This document shows positions 1 to 9,201 of a stretch of DNA of 54,272 nucleotides, in pieces (positions within the stretch are counted from its first letter, which is position 1; the number at the start of each line of letters is the position of its first letter). Source of the DNA: a virus (Duplodnaviria > Caudoviricetes); the IMG/VR virus record IMGVR_UViG_3300012663_000565, positions 1-54,272 of that record. One strand, given 5' to 3'. The notes under the pieces are model-generated. The model did no database searches and was not told the DNA's origin. It saw only the letters and a program-made list of their open reading frames with translations. A program made the position numbers and the translations under genes.

Positions 1-2
1 AC

Positions 3-551
3 AAGATCCATAAGGACGTAGTTGGCTTCTTGACCTTCTCTAAGAAGGACTTGTACGACTTTGATCCTAAGTCTAGCTCACGTGCGTTTGCTACTCCTCG
101 TAGCTGGTCATTTGTTAGCGAACTGTTGCACGACGATGACTGCGATAACGATACACTAACTAACTTAGTGTCTGGTTCAGTTGGCGAAGGGCTTGCAGTT
201 AAGTTTATGGCTCACCGAAAAGTTGCAGGTAAAATGCCTAACCCAACAGACATTTTGTCGGGCAAAATTAAGAAAATGGAATCTAAAGAAATCTCTGCAA
301 TGTACTCGTTAACAGTATCATTGTGCTACGAACTTAAAGATTCCTGCGATAAAAAGGCTAAAGATTGGAACAGCCAAGTTAATAACTTCTTCCAATTTAT
401 TATGGATAATTTTGAAACAGAATTAGTTATTATGGGTACTAAATTGGCATTGTCTAGCTACAAATTGCCGTTGGATCCAGACGAAATTGATTGCTTTGAC
501 GAGTTCCATAAAAAGTTTGGCAAGTACATTGCGGCCGCTACTGAAAAGTAA
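3..551 (+). CDS. AAA+ ATPase (MoxR/dynein-related type), 3' part; truncated at window start
   Basis: The frame is open from base 3 (KIHKDVVGFLTFSKK...). It has a 'FATPRSW' sensor-II-like motif and lies directly upstream of an HExxH/vWA gene, a common AAA-vWA pairing. Confidence 0.75.
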   Translation, partial: KIHKDVVGFLTFSKKDLYDFDPKSSSRAFATPRSWSFVSELLHDDDCDNDTLTNLVSGSVGEGLAVKFMAHRKVAGKMPNPTDILSGKIKKMESKEISAMYSLTVSLCYELKDSCDKKAKDWNSQVNNFFQFIMDNFETELVIMGTKLALSSYKLPLDPDEIDCFDEFHKKFGKYIAAATEK

Positions 552-568
552 TTTGGTATAGCCCGCAA

Positions 569-597
569 TTGACACCTCCTTCGGGAGGTGTTATAAT
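569..597 (+). promoter_or_regulatory. Consensus sigma70 promoter with extended -10
   Basis: TTGACA (569-574), 17-bp spacer, TATAAT (592-597), with TG at 589-590. It lies about 30 nt upstream of ATG 629. Confidence 0.85.
571..592 (+). terminator. UUCG-tetraloop hairpin, possible terminator of the ATPase transcript
   Basis: ACACCTCC-TTCG-GGAGGTGT is a perfect 8-bp stem about 20 nt after the ATPase stop. The U-tail is weak (TTATAAT). Confidence 0.5.
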
Positions 598-628
598 ATA
601 TACATACAGTAAATACTTAGGAGCAAAC

Positions 629-1819
629 ATGTCACATACTGATCCAATCATTGATAAAATTATTGTAGCACGAGTTGGGCTACTACTTCGTCATCCGTTT
701 TTTGGTAACATGGCTACCCGACTGAAAATCGAAGAATGCACAGACTGGTGTATGACTGCCGCTACAGACGGTCGTACCATTTATTTTAATCGCGATTTCT
801 TTACGCCACTTACAGTTAAACAAATTGAGTTCGTTATTGCCCACGAAATCTTGCATAATGTATTTGACCATCTTGCTCGCGGTGAAGGACGAGATCGACG
901 CATATTTAATGCGGCGGCTGACTATTGTGTTAACGGACAATTGATCCGTGATCGAATCGGTGAAGCGCCTCCAGAAATTAAAATCTTCCATGATCCAAAA
1001 TATTATAACTGGTCTGCAGAACAAGTGTATGACGATATTTTTGAAAAGCACGACGAAGAAAGTCTAGCGGCATTAGGTCAATTGCTCGACGAACACGTTG
1101 ACTGGGGCGATCAAGATGGCAAGGGCAATGGTAATAAGCCAAATTATTCTAAAGAAGAATTGAAGGCAATCCGTGACGAGATTCGCGAAGCTACTATGGC
1201 AGCGGCTCAAGCGGCGGGTGCAGGTAATGTACCTGCAAACATTCAACGTATGATTAAAGATCTTACAGAGCCTAAAATGAACTGGCGTGAAATTTTGCGC
1301 CAACAAATTCAAAGCACTATCCGCGATGACTACACATTTATGCGACCTAACCGTAAAGGATGGCACATGAATGCAGTTCTTCCTGGGACTAACTTTAGAG
1401 AGACAATTGACATCTGTGTAGCTATTGATATGTCAGGCTCTATCGGTGATGAGCAAGCTAAAGACTTTTTGTCCGAAATTAAAGGTATTATGCAAGAGTA
1501 CCAAGACTTTAATATTAAAGTATGGTGCTTTGATACTCGTGTTTATAACGAACAAGATTTTAACGGCTATACAATGGACGAGTTTGACGAATACGAACCA
1601 ATGGGCGGTGGTGGTACCGAGTTTGATGCTAACTGGGACTACATGAAGGAACACGATATTAACCCTAAGAAGTTTATCATGTTCACAGACGGTTATCCTT
1701 GGGGTAGCTGGGGCGACGAAAATTACTGTGATACAGTATTCATTATCCACGGTAACAACACCATTGTTCCCCCATTTGGCGAATATGCATATTACGAAGA
1801 AGTTAAAGAAGCGGCATAA
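629..1819 (+). CDS. Metallopeptidase-like (HExxH) plus vWA domain protein (DUF2201-like)
   Basis: Motifs TAATDG, AHEILH, MIDAS DMSGS, GGGGT and FTDG. Start moved to ATG 629 because of the AGGAG RBS; the upstream TTG is the -35 box. Confidence 0.8.
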   Translation: MSHTDPIIDKIIVARVGLLLRHPFFGNMATRLKIEECTDWCMTAATDGRTIYFNRDFFTPLTVKQIEFVIAHEILHNVFDHLARGEGRDRRIFNAAADYCVNGQLIRDRIGEAPPEIKIFHDPKYYNWSAEQVYDDIFEKHDEESLAALGQLLDEHVDWGDQDGKGNGNKPNYSKEELKAIRDEIREATMAAAQAAGAGNVPANIQRMIKDLTEPKMNWREILRQQIQSTIRDDYTFMRPNRKGWHMNAVLPGTNFRETIDICVAIDMSGSIGDEQAKDFLSEIKGIMQEYQDFNIKVWCFDTRVYNEQDFNGYTMDEFDEYEPMGGGGTEFDANWDYMKEHDINPKKFIMFTDGYPWGSWGDENYCDTVFIIHGNNTIVPPFGEYAYYEEVKEAA

Positions 1820-2106
1820 TGGCATTAAAAAACGGCAAGCCTAATCCATTAAATTACTTTGGCTTACGCAAAGTAGAGTTTGCGGCGCCGCATTTTAAAT
1901 ATACTACATTTAACAAATATACACCATCATTTGTTAAACAGTTAGACACATGGATTAAAAATAATCTAAACAACAGATATTATATTGGCCAGGGCATTTC
2001 CTTAGATAATACTAATACAATTGTGTATAATGTAGTCATCGGATTCGAAAGTGAAAAAGAACTCAGTTTCTTCACAATTGCCTGCCCACATTTACAAACA
2101 AGATAA
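1819..2106 (+). CDS. Hypothetical phage protein
   Basis: 95-aa ORF translationally coupled (TAATG) to the vWA gene. Confidence 0.7.
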   Translation: MALKNGKPNPLNYFGLRKVEFAAPHFKYTTFNKYTPSFVKQLDTWIKNNLNNRYYIGQGISLDNTNTIVYNVVIGFESEKELSFFTIACPHLQTR

Positions 2107-2135
2107 TTATATGTGTACTTTACAAAGGAGACACT

Positions 2136-2372
2136 ATGACTGAAGAAGTTACACAACCTACAGCCCCAGAACAAGCACAGCAAGAATCTAATGATCTTAG
2201 CATTAATGATCTTAATGCAATGAAGGTTATTATTGATATTGCCAGTTCACGTGGTGCATTTAAACCAAATGAAATGACAGCAGTTGGTCAAACATATACT
2301 AAACTATCGGCGTTTTTAGAACAAGTAGCAAAACAGGCAGAAGCCGCGAAACAAGCTCAAACAGGAGCATAA
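2136..2372 (+). CDS. Hypothetical phage protein
   Basis: 78 aa, AAGGAG RBS, helical composition. Confidence 0.75.
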   Translation: MTEEVTQPTAPEQAQQESNDLSINDLNAMKVIIDIASSRGAFKPNEMTAVGQTYTKLSAFLEQVAKQAEAAKQAQTGA

Positions 2373-2373
2373 T

Positions 2374-2973
2374 ATGCAAAACTTAAAACACGTAGGTAGA
2401 ATTAAAGCTACAGGTAAAAAAGTACTTGTCGCTTTTAGAACTCTACCAGGTGACGCTTATAGCGCACTAGTTGTATTCACAGAAAGCCTAACCGACGATT
2501 ACCATAACGGTATTATCAACTTAGTCGAAAGTCCAGCTGCTCAAGAATCGTACGAGTTTGCAGAGGCGTTAGATCGCACACAGTTTCCAGACGGAAGTCG
2601 TATGTTGCCTAGCTTGCATGCTAAAGGTAGATTGATTAAAGTATCAACTGATCAAGTAGAAATGACTCCAGTTATTGGAACAACTATTTTACTGTCAGAG
2701 CTTAATCAAATGATTGCTGAACAACGTGGAATTGCTGTTGACGATTTACACATTGCACCGAGTAACCAGGACAAAGCCGAAATTAAAGAAGTTGCTTCTG
2801 CAAAAGAAGTTCCTGCACCAGCACCAGAAGTTGCGGCGCCTGCCGGCTCAGCAGAAGATCAAGCTAAATTCTATCGTAGTCAAGCAGACAAGTTAGCAAA
2901 GCAAGCGGCAGAAATGCGTCGGAAAGCTGAAGAGCTTGCGCCAACTAAGAAGAAGGTTAAAGAAGAAGCGTGA
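2374..2973 (+). CDS. Hypothetical phage protein with C-terminal coiled coil
   Basis: 199 aa, AGGAG RBS, Ala/Glu/Lys-rich helical tail. Confidence 0.75.
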   Translation: MQNLKHVGRIKATGKKVLVAFRTLPGDAYSALVVFTESLTDDYHNGIINLVESPAAQESYEFAEALDRTQFPDGSRMLPSLHAKGRLIKVSTDQVEMTPVIGTTILLSELNQMIAEQRGIAVDDLHIAPSNQDKAEIKEVASAKEVPAPAPEVAAPAGSAEDQAKFYRSQADKLAKQAAEMRRKAEELAPTKKKVKEEA

Positions 2974-3290
2974 CATCTCAGGGAAAAGTTTTTCCCCGGG
3001 AAGTTATAGAATGTTGGCCAGAAGTGTTCGGAGAGATAAAACTTAACGTATTACCTCTCAGGTATCTGCAAGCAGTGTTGATTAACTTTAAAGACGGCAA
3101 GACGTGGGAAATAAAAATAACGTCTAACACCAAAAGAAATGGTTGGGATACTTTTGAAAAATCGTTATCGGAATTATTTAAAGCCTACGAACGGAAAATA
3201 GACAATATCGATTTTAAACTTGATACAAATCGTATCAAGAAAGACATTGAAAAAGAAACAACTCGTTTTTTAAAGAAAAGAAAGTTATAA
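2970..3290 (+). CDS. Hypothetical phage protein
   Basis: 106 aa; GTGA overlap with the upstream stop. Confidence 0.65.
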   Translation: MTSQGKVFPREVIECWPEVFGEIKLNVLPLRYLQAVLINFKDGKTWEIKITSNTKRNGWDTFEKSLSELFKAYERKIDNIDFKLDTNRIKKDIEKETTRFLKKRKL

Positions 3291-3980
3291 ATGAAAGTAA
3301 AATTAATTTCGTCAAGTAAAGCAAGTAAAGAAATGGTAAGCGAAGGCATATACGATGCACAAGAACTTATTGCGTTTTGTGCTAGAGTAAGTAACCCAGC
3401 TAATCAATTTAATACAGAAACTAGTGAGAAACTAATCAAGTATCTTACAAAACACAAGCACTGGTCTCCTTTAGAAATGGTTAGTGCATGTTTAGAAATT
3501 GTAACGACACGCGATATTGCTCGACAAATTTTACGTCATCGTAGTTTTAGCTTTCAAGAATTTAGTCAACGTTATGCTGACCCAACAGCAGAGTTAGACG
3601 AAGCATTTGTTCTGCGCGAAGCACGGTTCCAAGATACTAAGAATCGACAGAATAGTGTAGAAGCAGACATGTCTGACGAAGCCCAAAGGCAAATTGCATA
3701 CGAGTGGGAAAGAGCTCAAAAACGAGTATTGTTTTCTGTTAAGCAGGAATACTCGTGGGCTATCAAGAACGGTATTGCTAAAGAGCAAGCACGAGCAGTA
3801 TTACCAGAAGGGCTTACTGTAAGTCGTTTGTATATGAATGGCACACTACGTAGTTGGATTCACTTTATCGAATTACGTAGTGCCAATGGTACACAAAAAG
3901 AACACATGGAAGTAGCCCGGGCATGTGCGCAAGTTATTGCAGAAATCTTTCCGATGGTTAATGATTTTGTTGGCGAGTAA
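3291..3980 (+). CDS. thyX: FAD-dependent thymidylate synthase
   Basis: ThyX signature RHRSFSFQEFSQRY, plus HWSPLE, AKEQARAVLP and NGTLRSWIHFIELR. Confidence 0.95.
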   Translation: MKVKLISSSKASKEMVSEGIYDAQELIAFCARVSNPANQFNTETSEKLIKYLTKHKHWSPLEMVSACLEIVTTRDIARQILRHRSFSFQEFSQRYADPTAELDEAFVLREARFQDTKNRQNSVEADMSDEAQRQIAYEWERAQKRVLFSVKQEYSWAIKNGIAKEQARAVLPEGLTVSRLYMNGTLRSWIHFIELRSANGTQKEHMEVARACAQVIAEIFPMVNDFVGE

Positions 3981-5640
3981 ATTCCATTTCTAGCCAAGTA
4001 TAATTATTAATCCTACTTAATGCCGGTTTATTGCCGGCATTCTCTTGGCCATATGCTCGTCCGGCGAGTGCGCCTGTTATGGCAAATTTACCATAAACTG
4101 CATCAAAACCTTTTGTACACCACGTATCTAAACGCTCAGTAGTTTCCGCATCTATTTGTCCGTCAATTGCTTTACTTGCTAACTTAACACATTCCCTAAA
4201 GGCACTACGCCAAGTAGTAAACGGATCAGTATTAAACACTGTAATATTAGATACACTAGGCATGGCTCTAAATCTTTTACTAATACTTGTAGTCATATCA
4301 GTACTAGTTAGATCCATTGCTAAAGTTAAATTGGTCGGTAATAACTTAACACCACCATATCCATATACTAGCTCATTAATAGGATTTTTACTTTGCCAGA
4401 CGTGTACAATGTCCCTATCATAATGCGGTAATAATAAACTAAAGTCAAAGTCGTTTAGTATTTCAGCATCACCGTCTATTACCCAAAACATAGGTGTTGT
4501 GGATAACTTAGCAGCCTCTTTATGTGCATTATGTATACCTTTCACACCGTGTACACGTTTAACCCTAGGAAACCGTGATTTAAGACTCAGATAATTTTTT
4601 TCTGCGTTTGGCTCATTGTACGAGATAAAAATCATGTCATACGGCTTCAAGCGGCTTGATAAAATTTCATGTTCCTTCTTATTAATGATATATCTGAAAT
4701 TAATTTCTTTTTTTGAAACGGGACGTTGCGTAGATAACAGCATCAAACCGTTATATTTAATTTCGGTTATATCTTGATTTTGAAATACATGATTTTCCGA
4801 CCTATCGTAGTCATATGTACCATCAAGAGGATTGAAATATAGATCAAATATAGATTCATCTAGTACTTCAATTTCTGGCCAAACACACCAAAATAGAGGC
4901 TGAGTTTCTGTTTGACAAATTTTATAATAGTCTTCGTAAGTATCTATGTAATAGCGAGGATATCTAAAACATGTTGCTACACTAGGGTATTCTTTTTTAT
5001 TGATTAAAAACTTATGATTTACTTCTTTTTTTGAAACAGTCTTTTGTTTACTGAATAAAGTAAGTCCACTAATATATGACTCTTCCCCGTTACAAGAATT
5101 TTTCCAAACATGATTTTCTTGACGATCATAAGTGTTATGAAAGCTAAATGTGAGATCGAATATTGTGTTATCTAGCACCTCAATGTTAGGAGGTATTGCC
5201 CAAAACATATCTGTTGTAGATGTTTCTATTGCGGCAAGATATTCTTCATAGGTATTAATATTAAACTTATCGTAAGGTTTAGGTATGCTTGCAAGTATGT
5301 GTATTTCTTTTTTATTTGTAAAAAATCTATAGTCAGCTTCTCGTTTGCTAACTTTTATAGCTTTTGGAAATAAACAAACTCCGTCATAAAACTCACCATT
5401 TTTAAACACATGGTTGTATTCTAAGTCCCACACGTCGACTGCGTAATCAAAATTAAATGTTTTTTCAATTATTAAATTATCCCACACTACCCAGAACATT
5501 TTAGTAAACGATCTTTTGGCAGCAATAGATAGTGTGGTGTAGATATCACCATCTATAGGAATACGTTTAGCAGTAGGAAATCTAGATTTTAACTCAGTAA
5601 AGTCACTATCGTTATTTCCAATAAAGAAAATATCATACAT
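3958..5640 (-). CDS. Multi-repeat glycosyltransferase-like (GT-A) protein
   Basis: The C-terminal domain (FISYNEPNA...RVHGVKGIHNAH...FWVIDGD...YGYGGVKL...WRSAFRE) is paralogous to 5633-6538 and is preceded by three degenerate repeats. Start set at ATG 5640 (MYDIFF), overlapping the upstream stop. Confidence 0.7.
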   Translation of the reverse strand: MYDIFFIGNNDSDFTELKSRFPTAKRIPIDGDIYTTLSIAAKRSFTKMFWVVWDNLIIEKTFNFDYAVDVWDLEYNHVFKNGEFYDGVCLFPKAIKVSKREADYRFFTNKKEIHILASIPKPYDKFNINTYEEYLAAIETSTTDMFWAIPPNIEVLDNTIFDLTFSFHNTYDRQENHVWKNSCNGEESYISGLTLFSKQKTVSKKEVNHKFLINKKEYPSVATCFRYPRYYIDTYEDYYKICQTETQPLFWCVWPEIEVLDESIFDLYFNPLDGTYDYDRSENHVFQNQDITEIKYNGLMLLSTQRPVSKKEINFRYIINKKEHEILSSRLKPYDMIFISYNEPNAEKNYLSLKSRFPRVKRVHGVKGIHNAHKEAAKLSTTPMFWVIDGDAEILNDFDFSLLLPHYDRDIVHVWQSKNPINELVYGYGGVKLLPTNLTLAMDLTSTDMTTSISKRFRAMPSVSNITVFNTDPFTTWRSAFRECVKLASKAIDGQIDAETTERLDTWCTKGFDAVYGKFAITGALAGRAYGQENAGNKPALSRINNYTWLEMEFTRQQNH

Positions 5641-6538
5641 TACGCTTACGAACAATCCTCGGAGTGTTGTGGTATACTTGTTTAAAGAATTTGCTGCCAT
5701 CTGAGTTAATGTCTGCAACTTCTAACTTGCATTCGTGCTTTAAGGTTTCACCTAAGCCCGTAATTTCGTAGGGCAACATTTCAGTAGTAATTTTGCTGTA
5801 TTTTTCTTCCCATTGAGTAGTCAAGTATTCAAAGTCGCGTACCTGACTATAATCCCAATCAGTACAATTAGTTAGATATGCGCCTTCTCGAGCACCGTAA
5901 ATTGACCACATGCCGTTAGGAACATCTGCTCCAATATTACACCAAATTAGCAAACGTTGATAATTTTGCCACCAAACTTTTTTAAGATCAGGAACCTTGG
6001 CGCCTTGATCTAACGACATTTTAACGCCTTCACGGAAACCTGCTCGCCATGCTTGAAACGGAGTAGCGTTTGTAAAGCTCTCGCTATAGTTGTCATTAAA
6101 CTGATAATACCGATCATCAAAACAAAACTCTACTAATCCCTTAACATCTGTAGGATCAGAATTTTCATGGGTCTTCATTTCATTGACAAATTTACGTGTC
6201 CACAACTTAAGGCCACCATTACCATACATCAAATGATTTACGTGTACCTTGCCACACCAACTAAAAACATTTTCACTGGTAAGTCCTAGTTCATCTAAGT
6301 TAATTTCTACTTCAAAAAATTTAGGATCTACAATATTGTCTGCATCTACTGTAACAAAATATTCAGTTTCGCTTAATGCGGCGCAGGCTTTATGTGCCGC
6401 ATCACTGCCTTTAACTCCGTGTACCCGTTTAGCCCAAGGCACTTTACTGCACAAATCTGCGTAATTTTTTTCAGCATTAGGTTCATCATAACTTAAAAAC
6501 ACAATGTCTTGATCAATAATTTTTATTTTATTACTCAT
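5633..6538 (-). CDS. Glycosyltransferase-like (GT-A, DxD) protein
   Basis: FLSYDEPNA, RVHGVKGSDAAH, VTVDAD (DxD), YGNGGLKLW, AWRAGFREG. Confidence 0.7.
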   Translation of the reverse strand: MSNKIKIIDQDIVFLSYDEPNAEKNYADLCSKVPWAKRVHGVKGSDAAHKACAALSETEYFVTVDADNIVDPKFFEVEINLDELGLTSENVFSWCGKVHVNHLMYGNGGLKLWTRKFVNEMKTHENSDPTDVKGLVEFCFDDRYYQFNDNYSESFTNATPFQAWRAGFREGVKMSLDQGAKVPDLKKVWWQNYQRLLIWCNIGADVPNGMWSIYGAREGAYLTNCTDWDYSQVRDFEYLTTQWEEKYSKITTEMLPYEITGLGETLKHECKLEVADINSDGSKFFKQVYHNTPRIVRKRNV

Positions 6539-7134
6539 TTTATAATCCTTAACTTATAGGATGCAAACACTAATTTACTACTGATTGCAACTTTCTTAAT
6601 ATCTTTTTCAAACACACTGTCAAATGGAACTGTTACACATATTGAGGTTAATAAGTCATGTGTATTAATAAAAATAGTACGTACTAGGAAATCAAAGTCA
6701 TTTTCTAATGTTACAAAGAACACTAGCTTCGGTGCTAATATTGTATTATATGTGCTTTTAAACGTGTCGCTTAAAAAGAAATTCCATTCTTGATTAGGGC
6801 CATTCCATTCTACGATGCAATCAGTTACTTCGTCTGATTCTGATATCCATTCAAATAATGTATTTTTAAATACGTAACCCGAAAATTCATTAACAATAGA
6901 TAAGATTGTAGTTTTGTTTGATCCCTTATTATAGCCAACTTGATAATCTTTAAAGTGCCATTTACCATTTAAAAAGTTTACAATATCATTAAAATCAACC
7001 TCAATACCATCTTCGTACACATTACTCTTTTCATTAGTAATAGATAATATAGTACCAGTTTTTTTTTCGTAATATACGTAGTACTGAGGTATTGTATCAA
7101 AACTAGGAAGGTTAGCTATTTTCTTTTTTGCCAT
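6535..7134 (-). CDS. Hypothetical protein within the glycosyltransferase cluster
   Basis: 199 aa, overlapping both neighbours, AAGGAG RBS. Confidence 0.7.
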   Translation of the reverse strand: MAKKKIANLPSFDTIPQYYVYYEKKTGTILSITNEKSNVYEDGIEVDFNDIVNFLNGKWHFKDYQVGYNKGSNKTTILSIVNEFSGYVFKNTLFEWISESDEVTDCIVEWNGPNQEWNFFLSDTFKSTYNTILAPKLVFFVTLENDFDFLVRTIFINTHDLLTSICVTVPFDSVFEKDIKKVAISSKLVFASYKLRIIK

Positions 7135-7960
7135 TTGCTAACTCCTTTAATCTTGTTAAAATTTTCTTAGATAAAAATAAGTGATCTACGTAATGAAACA
7201 ATTTAGATTGTTTTATATTGTTAACTATTAATTCGCCCTTGTGTGTTAATACATGATGAGCGCCATCTTGCCACGACACATGCGCCATATCCCAATCTTG
7301 TATTAGCGGTTTCATATGGGTAAACTCCAATGGACTACATGCATCATTTACACAATCATACGCACCTGCAATCTCAATTGCAATAGCTGTGGCCAAATCC
7401 ATACTTAACCAGTCCTGATATTCTTCTGGAGAAAACTGTGTGTAACACCATTCCCAGTTGTTACACACAAATTCGAGAACTCGATAAAACTCGTGAGCGG
7501 CTGTGGATTTTTTAAAATAGTGTAATGCAAAATACGGACTTGTTAGTTTATTAACATTAAAAGTCTTTCTATAAACAGTGTCTACAATTATATCATTTTT
7601 ATGATTTTTAATTTTTGAACAAAATTTAAGATCGTGGTTGTTACAATAATTCCACCATTCTGAAATATCTTCTAACATCAACATGTCAGTATCGAGCACC
7701 ATTGTTTCATCGTACGGAGTTACATGATATAATTTCCAACGATTTTCTGCTTGATATCTAGTGCCTTCCTTATACCAAGGAATAGGTATAATACTGTCAA
7801 ATACATCTAAGTATTCGTCTGGCACTGTGTTGTTAGTTACTAGACTAATTCTAGTAACAGTTGATTGACTAAATTTAATACTCAATGCAAGTGCATATGC
7901 CTGCCTCACATAATCTACTGTATCGGTATTCTGTGCTAATACTAAAAATCCTTTAGACAC
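7112..7960 (-). CDS. Glycosyltransferase-like (GT8-like, DxD) protein
   Basis: DYVRQAYALALSIK, TPYDETMVLDTD (DxD), FTHMK. GTG 7960 with a GGAGG RBS is preferred as start. Confidence 0.7.
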   Translation of the reverse strand: MSKGFLVLAQNTDTVDYVRQAYALALSIKFSQSTVTRISLVTNNTVPDEYLDVFDSIIPIPWYKEGTRYQAENRWKLYHVTPYDETMVLDTDMLMLEDISEWWNYCNNHDLKFCSKIKNHKNDIIVDTVYRKTFNVNKLTSPYFALHYFKKSTAAHEFYRVLEFVCNNWEWCYTQFSPEEYQDWLSMDLATAIAIEIAGAYDCVNDACSPLEFTHMKPLIQDWDMAHVSWQDGAHHVLTHKGELIVNNIKQSKLFHYVDHLFLSKKILTRLKELANGKKENS

Positions 7961-8798
7961 CGTAACCTCCATCAATAAATCTAGACAAACTAAATTTATT
8001 CATTACGTGTACATCAAGACCATTTGTTTTAGCCAACATATACTCGCCTAAATGATCTTCTTTTTCTACTAAGAATTTCATCTTAACACCGTCTATGCTT
8101 AAAAGGATATCACGATCAATTGTGTATTTTTTTGTCCCGGGTAAGTCTGTTGCAAACTCCCCGTTTGTTTTTCCATTCATTATGTGGATAGCAATGCTGA
8201 ACGCATAATCGTTCCTAAAGGCTGTTTGATCAATGTTATACAACATCTTAAAGTAAACCCAGTTAGCTTTAATGTATGTAATTAAATCAAAGAACGCTTG
8301 ATTAACAGTATTCTTTTCAAAGACAAAAACACTTGCCCAATAAAATGGGATACTGTAACTGTTAAGTCTAGTATACGGCCGGACATCTCGCCAACCTGCT
8401 AAATCAAAACTTTTACGATATATTTGTAAATTTGCATCTTTATCAAATGCTGTTTTTAAAATAGCAGAATTAATTATATAATCGCTATCTAACACTAGCG
8501 TCTTATCGTATGGGGTTAATTCATACACACGACTTCTTGATAAATTTTTCCAGTCAAGTGTTTTAGATTCTAAGGTGCCGTCATGAAATACTTTTTGTCC
8601 AGTTTCTTCTTGAGGCAATACAATAATCTTATCAAAGCAATGATCGGGACAAGATTCTAATAACCAATCAGGACTGTCTGTGATGATGCTAACAGGAACC
8701 TGCAAGAATTTTCTTACACGCTCGGCTGCAAAGGATGCTAACTTTACGTAATCAATAGTGCCGTTGTTCTGAGCAAAAATTACTGCGCCATTTGTCAT
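7953..8798 (-). CDS. Glycosyltransferase-like (GT8-like, DxD) protein
   Basis: TPYDKTLVLDSD (DxD), FRNDYAFSIA, HVMNK; paralogous to 7112-7960. Confidence 0.7.
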   Translation of the reverse strand: MTNGAVIFAQNNGTIDYVKLASFAAERVRKFLQVPVSIITDSPDWLLESCPDHCFDKIIVLPQEETGQKVFHDGTLESKTLDWKNLSRSRVYELTPYDKTLVLDSDYIINSAILKTAFDKDANLQIYRKSFDLAGWRDVRPYTRLNSYSIPFYWASVFVFEKNTVNQAFFDLITYIKANWVYFKMLYNIDQTAFRNDYAFSIAIHIMNGKTNGEFATDLPGTKKYTIDRDILLSIDGVKMKFLVEKEDHLGEYMLAKTNGLDVHVMNKFSLSRFIDGGYGV

Positions 8799-9145
8799 AG
8801 CCCTATAATATCTCCAATTTTTCTCTTGGATTTAATTTCAGTAAATTCTGCGCTGTACTTGTTTAGTACCTCAAAGTAGATGCCTACAATTGTGTCAAAA
8901 AATTCTTGTACATTTACAATAATAATAGGAAAATTATTAACATCGATAAATGCAACATCAGTATCGTGTCCTAAATCTAATACAGTTTTAGTAAAATTAA
9001 TCAACTCAGGGGTGATATTAAACGTGCCACCATTTTCATAGTAAACAAGATTTTGTTTAAATTCTTCTAAAATTATTCTGCGTTGATTTGATAATGTTGC
9101 CATATAGTTAGCAACAGCAAATGCCTTTTCGATACGCTCGTCCAT
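8795..9145 (-). CDS. Hypothetical protein, first gene of the glycosyltransferase operon
   Basis: 116 aa, GGAGAG RBS, ATGA overlap with the next gene. Confidence 0.75.
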   Translation of the reverse strand: MDERIEKAFAVANYMATLSNQRRIILEEFKQNLVYYENGGTFNITPELINFTKTVLDLGHDTDVAFIDVNNFPIIIVNVQEFFDTIVGIYFEVLNKYSAEFTEIKSKRKIGDIIGL

Positions 9146-9163
9146 ATACTCTCCAGATTTACT

Positions 9164-9192
9164 ATTGTACAGTATAGTAATTAGCGTGTCAA
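9164..9192 (-). promoter_or_regulatory. sigma70-type promoter for the glycosyltransferase operon
   Basis: On the minus strand: TTGACA (9192-9187), 17 bp, TACAAT (9169-9164), 18 nt before ATG 9145. Confidence 0.75.
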
Positions 9193-9201
9193 GAGGTTAG
9201 G

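Noticed and set aside
569-628. 20-aa N-terminal extension of the vWA protein from TTG 569
   Set aside because: That TTG is the -35 box. The AGGAG RBS points to ATG 629.
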